Below, in pieces: positions 1-8,851 of a stretch of DNA of 64,000 nt. The stretch spans positions 2,560,001 through 2,624,000 of the forward strand of contig OY843751.1 of the NCBI GenBank assembly GCA_963693055.1, given 5' to 3'. How positions within the stretch are numbered: the stretch's first letter is position 1; every line of letters begins with the position of its first letter. The DNA comes from a bacterium (GTDB lineage Bacteria; Zhuqueibacterota; Zhuqueibacteria; Residuimicrobiales; Krinioviventaceae). The notes under the pieces were generated by a model, which had not been told where the DNA came from, searched no databases, and worked only from the letters and a program-made list of their open reading frames with translations. The position numbers and the translations under genes were made by a program.

Positions 1-1621
1 CAATGACAAATAAATCGTCTCCACCAGCATAGATGACTTGTAAATTTTTTTTAGATCCTTCTGGATTTAAAAATGAATAGCTTTTATTGGTTTTACTGCA
101 TAATGCATTCAGAAATAATTTGAAATAGTAATTCAGATTTCGGGAAAGGTTTGACAGGCTTTCAAAAGTTAAATTATTGCCAAATCCTTTTTGCATGATT
201 TTTCCCAGGTTGTCAACGTCCATACGCAATCCTGCAACATATTTCACACCTGTTGCAGTTTGAGAAAGCAAATCTATTCCTGCAACACTATCATCTCTAA
301 GGGAGGCAAGAGCTTCTTCCAGGTACTTTTTATCAGCCAATTCAATTTGAGCTTGAAGAGCAATCTTTTCTTTTTGAATTTCCTTTTTTATTGCATCGGG
401 CATGTCTTTGATTTTTCTTAAATAAGTTTTACTGTAAACAGGCAGAGTATGCTCAGATAACTCATTTATGATATCAAAAGAGCCTTGATAAATAATGAAT
501 TTTAGATTACTGTTATCCTCTTTTCCATCACTTAGTTTATAATATTTTTCGTCAATTTGTATTGAATCAGAGCTTTCATTGTCTGTTGCATATATATATT
601 TGACATTTGGTATCTTGTTGCCTAGTTTTGACAATTTATCACAAAAAGGACATCTTGCTAATCCTGCTTCTTCATCGAGTATGAGGTTTGCCTTTGTATC
701 GTCTCTGGTACAAATATCACAATGCATAAAATGTGGGTCATTTTTATCTATCCATTCAAACTCGCCTTGTTCAATTAGGCTTTTGAATTTTGCTTGTTTT
801 TTCTCAAAGATTTTTAATGAAATTTGGTTTAATAACTCATCCAAATTGTTCTCGATTTGAGTTTCCTCACACTCAATAGCATCTATAGACACATATAAAA
901 TTCCGTTAAATTCATTATATAACCATTTGTTGATTCTGTAATCAATTTCATTAATAAGTTCTTTATAATTTTCAGGTTTACTTGCATAAAAATAAATACT
1001 TCCCCCGCCATTCATAAGCACATTGACTTGGTGAAGATTGAATTTCTCCATAACTGTTTCAATTAAATGCCAAGATAATAATTCAATATAAAATGATCGT
1101 GCCCTTAAATTTTTCAATGCACCGCTGGATGTGATATTATAAATGAAATTTTGTATTCCGGAAAGGTCAACATTGATTAATAAATTTCCATTATGATTAT
1201 GGTGTGTCGCATTGTAATCAATTACAGCTTTAGCGGCTTTGATTTTATATGCATCGTAAATTGAAATATTTTCATTTTGTTGTGCAGGTAGATTCCCTCC
1301 ATACATTTCTAAAAGGAAGAAAAGTTGAGAGCAATTTAATGATTCAAGATATGATTGATCAAATGCCTTTACATTAGTTGCAATGTCCATTATAAATTGC
1401 TGTTTTTCGGTATCAAACATCTGGTCTTGTTTGAGTTGAGGATAATATGGCTCAAATGTTAAACGATATGGAGGTACGTAATAAGGACTGTCTTGATCAT
1501 CTTTAAAACTTACTAGATTAAATATAGATCGCAAATAGTTGGGTGTAGATTGTTCACACCAGCTTTTTATCTCTTCAAGTCCTTGAATAAATGTTGGTTT
1601 TAATATATCATTCAAATCCAA
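1..1621 (-). CDS. cas10: Type III-A CRISPR Cas10/Csm1 (runs off left edge; apparently HD-less)
   Basis: Not in the ORF track because it has no stop in the window. Manual translation from TTG at 1621 (GGAGG upstream) gives LRSIF, ISIYDAYKIKAAKA, DLSGIQNFIYNITSSGALKNLRARSF, a CDIC...CPFC zinc finger, LRMDVDNLG and IYAGGDDLFVI. First and last motifs are in the same frame. Confidence 0.93.
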   Translation of the reverse strand, partial: MDLNDILKPTFIQGLEEIKSWCEQSTPNYLRSIFNLVSFKDDQDSPYYVPPYRLTFEPYYPQLKQDQMFDTEKQQFIMDIATNVKAFDQSYLESLNCSQLFFLLEMYGGNLPAQQNENISIYDAYKIKAAKAVIDYNATHHNHNGNLLINVDLSGIQNFIYNITSSGALKNLRARSFYIELLSWHLIETVMEKFNLHQVNVLMNGGGSIYFYASKPENYKELINEIDYRINKWLYNEFNGILYVSIDAIECEETQIENNLDELLNQISLKIFEKKQAKFKSLIEQGEFEWIDKNDPHFMHCDICTRDDTKANLILDEEAGLARCPFCDKLSKLGNKIPNVKYIYATDNESSDSIQIDEKYYKLSDGKEDNSNLKFIIYQGSFDIINELSEHTLPVYSKTYLRKIKDMPDAIKKEIQKEKIALQAQIELADKKYLEEALASLRDDSVAGIDLLSQTATGVKYVAGLRMDVDNLGKIMQKGFGNNLTFESLSNLSRNLNYYFKLFLNALCSKTNKSYSFLNPEGSKKNLQVIYAGGDDLFVI

Positions 1622-1640
1622 ATTAATTACCTCCATATAG

Positions 1641-2627
1641 TCATTCTGTAATAGTTACTCTTATTTTCCCCAACCCAAAACTTGTCCCTTTGCCGATGTG
1701 GAGGACCTGGCTCTGCAGCAGAAGGGGAGTGAATCCATTTATGTTGCCGGCAAGAAGGATATCGCCGATAAAGCCGCCGATCTCCATTTTTGTGTTTTGC
1801 CGGGAGCTGTACCGGTGCCAGTCCTGCCATTTCAGATGCGGGTCCATAATTGCCACTTCATTTGCCTGGACAAGATAGGGGTGGAAGTGCCAGTCGATTT
1901 CATTTTCCGGAGCGTAGAAATGCGCGAGCTCTAAAAGGCGCCGGAGCATTTTAAACACCAACAGTCGGAAAGAGAAATCCATTATATATTGGTCTTCGTA
2001 TTTTAATCGGGTAGGCGTGAGAAACCGGACTTGAACCTGGTCGTGCTCCGAATCCTCATAGTGCGGATGAGTGGGGATTGCCTGGGCGCAGAGGGATTCA
2101 GTTTCTCCTTTGTAGATCAGTGTTTCGGTAAAAGTGTTTTCTGCCAGGGAATGTTGTTCCGGATTTATCCAATAAACATTATGGAGTTGGAACGGCAATC
2201 GCTTTGATGAAAGTCCCCGTTTGGCCATGAGACTGATGGAGTAAATAATGTATGGATAAAGCGCTCCAATATTACCGAGGAGCGTCAGGGTAAAGCTGAA
2301 CGTATCGCCCTGGGCATACTCGGTTTTTTGATCAAAAGCGTCTATGATGTATGGCCGGGGAGAGGTTGGTAATTTGCTTAAAAAGGGCGGAGGGGTTCCC
2401 TCGACATAAGTCTCAAAAATTTTTGTGTAGGTACACTGGCTCCGGAACAGGCAGGATTGACAGGATTCCTGTTTTTTCTGAATGCAGACAGTCCGTTTTA
2501 ACGCACTGCCAAATGCTCCCCTCAGCATGGATCCCTTAATCCTGGGCAGTGTGCATACCTGTTCGGCCTGAAGAACGAATTTCAGTTTCAAATAGGGAAT
2601 AATAGGAAGACAGTAATCCACGGTCAT
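1641..2627 (-). CDS. cas6: CRISPR pre-crRNA processing endoribonuclease Cas6
   Basis: GSMLRGAFG at the N-terminus, CxxC cluster, FLTPTRLK, and the C-terminal glycine-rich loop HIGKGTSFGLG; lies directly upstream of cas10. Confidence 0.93.
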   Translation of the reverse strand: MTVDYCLPIIPYLKLKFVLQAEQVCTLPRIKGSMLRGAFGSALKRTVCIQKKQESCQSCLFRSQCTYTKIFETYVEGTPPPFLSKLPTSPRPYIIDAFDQKTEYAQGDTFSFTLTLLGNIGALYPYIIYSISLMAKRGLSSKRLPFQLHNVYWINPEQHSLAENTFTETLIYKGETESLCAQAIPTHPHYEDSEHDQVQVRFLTPTRLKYEDQYIMDFSFRLLVFKMLRRLLELAHFYAPENEIDWHFHPYLVQANEVAIMDPHLKWQDWHRYSSRQNTKMEIGGFIGDILLAGNINGFTPLLLQSQVLHIGKGTSFGLGKIRVTITE

Positions 2628-2795
2628 ATCCCTTTTGTAAAAGATAAATGATAGTATTATTCAAGATGATTCAAATATAAAACTGCCCCAAAACAGTTCA
2701 GTTGTCCCACCAGTAACTGTTAAGGATATTCAAAATATAGAACATTTTAAAATATCAAATTCCGCCCATGGCACAATTGTGAGTCCGTGTAATTG

Positions 2796-2824
2796 TATAT
2801 AAGCATTTTCACAGTAAAGGTCAA
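2796..2824 (-). promoter_or_regulatory. Putative sigma70 promoter for the cas operon
   Basis: Minus strand TTGACC-N17-TATATA about 170 bp upstream of cas6. Confidence 0.4.
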
Positions 2825-2872
2825 GATGAAAATAAAAATTTTTCGAGTTTAGTGGTTTTATTGTGCAAGTGA

Positions 2873-2975
2873 TCAGTATTCGGTTATCAGTTTTCAGAGC
2901 CGCCAGGGGTCCTTTTGTATTCCATGTTTTTGTATAGAGCTGACAGCTATTAGCTGATAGCTAACAGCTTGAAGC
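2873..2975. repeat. Repeat-associated segment, copy A (similar to 5745-5812), plus 7-bp AGCTGAC-type tandem
   Basis: tcagt..cggttatcagttttcaga..cc..gggg..ttgtattccat is shared with 5745-5812, then agctgacagctattagctgatagctaacagct follows. Confidence 0.75.
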
Positions 2976-3008
2976 CAATCCCATCGTATTGATTAGGTCT
3001 ATTTACAG
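2976..3008 (-). CRISPR. Orphan CRISPR repeat (33 of 37 nt)
   Basis: caatcccatcgtattgattaggtctatttacag is identical to the array consensus except for the missing leading gtct. Confidence 0.9.
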
Positions 3009-3772
3009 AGAAATGCATGGTTCTTTACTATGAGGTAGAGAAGGGTAGCGGCTTTTTCTTCAAAGCTGGGGTACAAATCCCTGTCTCCCAATGACTGACG
3101 GATTTGAGTGATAGCACTCTTGAACCCGTCACCCCGTTCATGTCCAAATACAGAGGAGTTAAAATCGCTTCGCATTTGATCAATAACGGCCATATAGTCT
3201 TTGTATGCCGGGTAGACAACGGATTTTTCCGTTTTACCTTTTTTATCCAGGGATTCATGATCATAATCGTCTAAAAGTTTCAGACCCTCTGCATACAAAT
3301 TTAACCAGTCGTAATCCTTGTTCGATGCTTTTTGCTCTATAGCCCGACTTATAATATGAATTCCATCCTTAAGATGTTGAACTTCTTGTTGTTTCTGTGC
3401 CAGTCTTTTTTCATTGATGGTATACCCTTGTACTAACAATTCTCTCAATCTTTTAGTTGCCCATTGACGGAATTGAGTACCTCGTTGTGACTTTACTCGA
3501 TAACCAACTGATATTATGACATCAAGATTGTAAAAAGCCACAGGTTTATCTGAATTTGCAATATGCATTTTTTGCATATTGCTTTTTTTTTCAAGTTCAT
3601 TTTCTTGAAATATATTATTCAGATGGCGGGAAATCACTGATTGATCTCGTTGAAACAACTGTGTTAATTGCTCCTGATTGAGCCAAACTGTATCCTCATT
3701 AAAACGAACTTCAACAGCAGTTTCGTTATCATTTGTTGTATAGATTTCAATTTTGTTTTCAGTATTATCCAT
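2999..3772 (-). pseudogene. RhuM-family protein with Fic/Doc domain, 3'-truncated by a CRISPR repeat
   Basis: RhuM motifs (TVWLNQEQL, YNLDVIISVGYRVKSQRGTQFRQWAT) are followed by LYPSFEEKAATLLYLIVKNHAF. The expected xDGNKR is replaced by repeat-derived LCK*. Likely start is ATG 3772. Confidence 0.88.
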
Positions 3773-3865
3773 TATGTGTCTTGTAAGATTAGAGTCGTGA
3801 TGAATGAGCCGTACATACAAGGTTATTTAACAAACTATTTGGAAACATTCAAGGGTATTTTGAAA

Positions 3866-5296
3866 CAGGGTACCCCCGATTTTTTTATTCGAGGGCCAAA
3901 AATAATTGATTTTTGTCACCGGCATGATTATTACACTTTAATTTTCTGAGCTTTATATTGGGTAAAATGATCCTTAATGCCTTTGCCAGTTTATAATAAA
4001 CAAACCCAATAAACTCGTTTAATTTCCTTCTATACACCAACGGAGCTTGAGATTGATCTAAAATATGTAAACAAATATTATCCAAATGACAATAGATAAA
4101 ACTCATGACATTCCAAAACAGGGCATTAAAATTTTTTAGCGCAACATACCTTTTAAGGCAAATGTCTTCAAGATGATAATCATTTTTTATTTGACGATGT
4201 ACCTCTTCAATTTTCCACCGGTAACCATAGCCTTCCATGGTAATCTCTATGGCCTCACGTTCAGTCTCTGCCGGTATAAAGCTTAAAAACCAGCTTTTGC
4301 CTTTGCCAGGTTCAGTGACTGAAATCAGCCATAATCCGGTGTTCATTGGGCCATCCCCATACTGCTTTGGCAGATATACCTTACGGGCACCGCATTGAAA
4401 ACATCGCTTTATCAGCCTGTTCCGGCGTTTTTTCTGCACGGTAATTTCAGTACTGGGACGGATTTTTTCGGCATATTTCTTTAAATTCTTCTTTACTCCT
4501 TGAACAAATATATCCCGGTACCCGGTTTGCCGTATTATAAAGTGTTGTTTTTGCTTAATCCATTTGTTCATCAGTTTGCTACGATCACCTCCGCGATCAT
4601 AAACAACTATCTGTTCTCCATGAATATGTTCTCGAATCGTGTCCACGGATTCGAGGATTTTCTTGTTCTCTGAAATACCTTTGCCTTCTTCCTGATCCGT
4701 CGCCCAAAGCGTACTCACCAGCGGCATGATGGATGTACCGGTTTTATCAACTCCAATGATATTCAGTTGCCAGTATCCATTCCCTAGTTCTTTGGTACTA
4801 CCATCATAAACACGATCAAGCCCTTCCATCTTTTCCGCATAAGGCTTGATTATATCACTCATATCTGCTATCAAGTATTTCGAATCCGAAAACCTTCTTT
4901 TGTTTATTTTCAGATGACTAATGGTTAATTCTCTGTCAAATCCTGGGCGGCCCAAGTGGCTAGACATTCGTTCTGTTGTCTTTTTTAGGCTCGTCTCTTC
5001 CTTTAGGGTTGATGCGATTTTATTTAAATGTACATGCCCGGAGCAAAGTATCCCATAATGCATGTCTCTGATAAATTTATAGTCCGGTCGGTTGAATTCT
5101 GCTTGATATTTCGCTGTCACTTGATTAAGTTTTACTTGGACTCGTTTTGTGATGTCCATGGGTTGCCTCCTATATTATGGTCTGTCAACTATAATGAGGC
5201 AACCTTTTTTTATTTTTACAAGCTTTTTTTGCTTCTATCTCCATTATTTTTTATTACTTACAGTAATATGATTTGTGATTTTTCGGGGGTGTCCTG
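3866..5296 (-). mobile_element. IS4-family-like insertion sequence, 1431 bp
   Basis: Imperfect terminal IRs CAGGGTACCCCCGA (3866-3879) and TCGGGGGTGTCCTG (5283-5296); 10-bp direct repeat TATTTTGAAA at 3856-3865 and 5297-5306. Confidence 0.92.
3885..5159 (-). CDS. DDE transposase (IS4 superfamily)
   Basis: IADMSD, VYDRGGD and the YREK-like YGYRWKIEEVHRQIK signature. Confidence 0.92.
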   Translation of the reverse strand: MDITKRVQVKLNQVTAKYQAEFNRPDYKFIRDMHYGILCSGHVHLNKIASTLKEETSLKKTTERMSSHLGRPGFDRELTISHLKINKRRFSDSKYLIADMSDIIKPYAEKMEGLDRVYDGSTKELGNGYWQLNIIGVDKTGTSIMPLVSTLWATDQEEGKGISENKKILESVDTIREHIHGEQIVVYDRGGDRSKLMNKWIKQKQHFIIRQTGYRDIFVQGVKKNLKKYAEKIRPSTEITVQKKRRNRLIKRCFQCGARKVYLPKQYGDGPMNTGLWLISVTEPGKGKSWFLSFIPAETEREAIEITMEGYGYRWKIEEVHRQIKNDYHLEDICLKRYVALKNFNALFWNVMSFIYCHLDNICLHILDQSQAPLVYRRKLNEFIGFVYYKLAKALRIILPNIKLRKLKCNNHAGDKNQLFLALE

Positions 5297-5332
5297 TATT
5301 TTGAAAGGGGGAATACATTTTGTGTGAAAAAT

Positions 5333-5894
5333 AATCCCATCATAGTTAATAGGTCTTTCCAGTCCATTATCATGGATAAAATGTCAGGTCGTTCAAAAGG
5401 TTTTGGGTCTCAATCCCATCATAGTTACCAGGTCTTTTCCAATCTTGTTTGAGGGGCTCCTGATCTTGCAAAAACTTATGGTCTCAATCCCATCGTATTG
5501 ATTAGGTCTATTTACAGTAGGCTATTTCGAACAAGACGGCCAGACGCGAGCACAATTGTTGTCTCAATCCCATCGTATTGATTAGGTCTATTTACAGCTA
5601 TTAGATAAAGAGGGTAGTATGAAAAAGAAAGCTGGAATAGTCTCAATCCCATCGTATTGATTAGGTCATTCCACGTGAGACGTGAAACGTAAGACGGTAA
5701 ACGATCTTTTGACCTTGCGAAAATGTCAAAGAACGGGGGAGTTGTCAGTCATCGGTTATCAGTTTTCAGAACCACCCGGGGGTTCGTTGTATTCCATATT
5801 TCTTGAGCTGAGCGTCAGTCGGTCCCTGAGTAGACCGCCGCCAGGCGGACGTACCGAAGGGCAATCCCATCGTATTGATTAGGTCTATTTACAG
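5333..5894 (-). CRISPR. CRISPR array, 37-bp repeat CTGTAAATAGACCTAATCAATACGATGGGATTGAGAC (minus orientation)
   Basis: Repeats at ~5333-5363 (degenerate), 5407-5443 (variant), 5481-5517, 5561-5597, 5640-5674 (variant end) and 5862-5894 (lacks 4 nt). Four spacers of 37-43 nt plus one ~190-bp interval. Minus orientation inferred from the ATTGAGAC 3' handle, degenerate repeats at left, and cas genes on minus. Confidence 0.92.
5674..5861. repeat. Composite insert in the array: 7-bp CGTGAGA tandem, copy B of the 2873 segment, REP-like hairpin
   Basis: cgtgagacgtgaaacgtaagacgg; then cggttatcagttttcaga...gtattccat; then gtccctgagtagaccgccgccaggcggacgtaccgaaggg with a CCGCC/GGCGG stem. Confidence 0.65.
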
Positions 5895-6262
5895 TCAATC
5901 AGATTGGATATTACATCATAACCGCATTTGTGTCATTTGTTCTCACCAACCTGGGATGGATACTATTCAAAAAGGACAAGACAGAACCGGTTGAAAAAGA
6001 CCATCTTGACCATCCTTGTCAAAAAATTCTGATATTGGAACAGGATTTTAAGAACCACAAAGATGTGGTCAAGAACCGGATTGATTTGAATGAACGTCGG
6101 TTGAACGCACACGCGAAAGACCTGGATGTATTGCGGGAAACCATCGTGAGACAGGAACAGAACAATAACCATCTGAACGAGAAAGTAGATGAAATCAAGG
6201 CCGAGATTAGTAAAATAACAGATTTTTTATACAGTGGTAAATGGAAATCGGTTAAGTCATGA
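5895..6262 (+). pseudogene. Small phage membrane/coiled-coil protein (holin/XhlA-like), 5' end lost at the CRISPR repeat
   Basis: The frame NQIGYYIITAFVSFVLTNLGW is open right from the repeat edge with no ATG/RBS; hydrophobic helix followed by coiled coil. Confidence 0.55.
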
Positions 6263-8837
6263 GCAACCAGGTACTGAAAATCACCCACGTTAAAGGCCTG
6301 GTGACCCACGCTGATCCGCAGGACATACCGGTGGATGCTGTGAGCCGTTTGGCCAATCTGCGGCCGGTAAACGGTAAACTGGTGCGGACATTCGGATACG
6401 GACAGAACTTTTCCCGGGACCGGCTGGCAGTACTGCGTCAGGAGGGCAAAAGCGTATACTGGGACGATTCCAAAGTGTGGGACGATGGTGACTATTGGCT
6501 GGACAATACCGACATTGATGAAAGCCTGGGCGATCCTTTTGACCATGTCATTGTATTTGAAAACCGTAACCTGGGCTACTGTCCTTATGCCACCGGTGAA
6601 GGTTATGTTATTATTGCCTATCTGGTGGATACGGACACCGGCCTGGTGACCTTGAAGTACTGGGACGGGGATTCCTGGGAACTGTTGGCATCCACCGGTT
6701 TGATGGTCAATGCCCTGGGCAGTTATTACCACCATAAAGGCAACAATCCGGTCATTCTGCACAACGAGATATTGAGGATTTTACCGGGAGCAACCGGCAA
6801 GATCAACGGTAATAACGCCGAAGGCATCTGGATCGGATATATAGACCGGGATATCTTTGACGAACACTATACCGCAGGGACATCGGAAGAAGTGAGTGAA
6901 GAGACCGCGGATTATGTCAAAGGCTTTTACAATTACAGCAACAGCGTACCGGCGCCGGATATCTCTGCATCCGGATTGGACCCGGTATTGACCGATGAAC
7001 CGACCGGCGGCAGTCTGAACCCGGACGGGAATGAACTGGTCTATTTTTACAGGTTATCCTATGTCTATGACGGGGTAAACGAAAGTGCCTTGTCCGAGAC
7101 CCTGTCCAAATCTTTTAAACAAAACACATTTTTGAAAATGGCTTTGACCTTTACCAAAGCCGAACACAATAAACGTATCACCGCAGTAAAAATTTATCGA
7201 AGCAGCTATGCCGATGCCGGATTTCAGCAAATCCACACCCTGGACTTGACCCGCAAGACCGATAAACTGAAAAGCGTGGACGGTATGGCCAGCGGCCTGA
7301 GCCGGTTTTACATCCCGGGACTGGCCTATTATAATTTCGATAATACCGAAAGCTACCGAATCGGTGTCCGGGTACCGGGCGATACCGGCGCATTCACCTA
7401 TAACGCCATCTCACCGCCAAGCGGTACCGGTAATGTCATATTTGTAACATCCAGTACCCTGAGCGGGGATTACTGGGACTATGAATGGATCCTTGAATAT
7501 TATGACGCCAGCTGGGTGCCAATTGACAGTGGTACATCCGGTGTGTTTGCCGGTACCCATACCTTTATATCCACAGAAGTTGACCTTGGTAATGAAAACC
7601 AGGCCGGAGGAATACTGTACTGGCCATCCATTGCTTACGAGATCAAGGAATCGGTGAACCGTGCCATCCGAATATACATTGCCATACATATACCTATACC
7701 GACCAGACCATGAACATTTACTCCATTACAACCGGTTTGTACTGTTATTATAAATATCCGGGAGTTGGCAAAGAAGTACTGTACTTTTTTGATACCGGGC
7801 TGTTGGCCGGTGAAGCGCATCCTTATGCAACCGAGGTTTCCAACAAGGTCAACGGTAAATTTGCCATCTATGCGTACGGCAGACTGTTCCAGTACAGTGT
7901 AGTGCTTGACCCGGATTACAAACAGGAAGTGCATATGGACTAGCTGACCTTTTCCGAACTGGGACAACTGGATGTAACACCCGTCGGTAATGCCATTGTG
8001 CCGCCGGACCGCACCGGTGGAGCCGGTACCGGTATGGCTATGGCTTTTGGTTCCATTATACTGATGAAAAAACAGGCCCTGTTCCGGCTGGACATCAACG
8101 ATCCCGCTGATCCGGTAACCTGGTCCATCAAGGAAGCCAATTTCAGCCGCGGCAATGTCGCGAAAAAATGTTTTGTGCAGGTAGGTGAAACATTGTACAT
8201 CTGTTCCCATGACGGCATCTATTCAATCGACCTCAATGTACTGACCGCGGCAGACGAAACCCCGATGCTGCATAACCGCATATCCGAAGACATCAATGAT
8301 ATATACATGTCTCTGAGCGATTCCTCCGAGAAACCTTACATCTCTGCCGGATATGATCCGTTTCACAGCGAGATCGTGTTCCAGTTAAAACCCGGACAGA
8401 CCTATGCTTACAATATCCTGGAACAGAGCTGGCGCCAGAGCGATACTGACGCGGACATGGCCCTGGCAGTCAATGACCAGGACGGCAACCTGTTGATTGT
8501 GGACAATACCCGACAGCTGCTGTTGTCACCGGTGGTGAAAGAGGAAAGCGGGTTCTGTGTGCGCAGCAAGAACGTTCTGCTCTCATACGAACGGGCCAAA
8601 GTGGTGCGTTACGTCAAGGTGCGGTACCGGTCGGAGGAGAAACTGATCATCAATCTGTACGCCGATGGTAACACCGAAACCCCGGTGAAAAGCGGGACAC
8701 TGTCGGAATTGTCCGAACCCGGCTGGAAAGGTGTGTCGCTGCGGTATTATTGTCATTCATTTTACATTGAAATCTGTTCCGAGAGCGAGGGCGTCCCGGA
8801 AACCGAAATATATGAAATCGTTGTTGAACACGATTAA
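6259..8837 (+). pseudogene. Large phage tail/stabilisation-type protein, fragmented
   Basis: ORFs 6259-7713, 7710-7943 and 7998-8837. Probable frameshift near 7700 and an in-frame TAG at 7941-7943 (7710 and 7998 share a frame). Beta-rich C-terminal part typical of podoviral stabilisation proteins. Confidence 0.6.
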
Positions 8838-8851
8838 AGGAGATTTTAACC

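Noticed and set aside
191-860. Plus-strand ORFs 191-421 and 579-860
   Set aside because: Antisense to cas10.
5444-5480. Spacer resembling a MoxR Walker A (LxEGxPGLAKT)
   Set aside because: It needs an inserted base and a substitution; too weak without a search.
5518-5639. Spacers self-targeting the adjacent prophage
   Set aside because: I found no matching protospacer by eye within the window; needs an alignment to exclude.
5675-5861. A 190-bp giant spacer or the 66-aa ORF 5682-5882
   Set aside because: It is made of tandem heptamers, a duplicated segment and a REP-like hairpin, with no protein-like signal.
6019-6762. Long antisense ORFs in the prophage (also 7635-8210, 18377-18877, 18959-19558)
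   Set aside because: Shadow frames of GC-richer or repetitive plus-strand genes.
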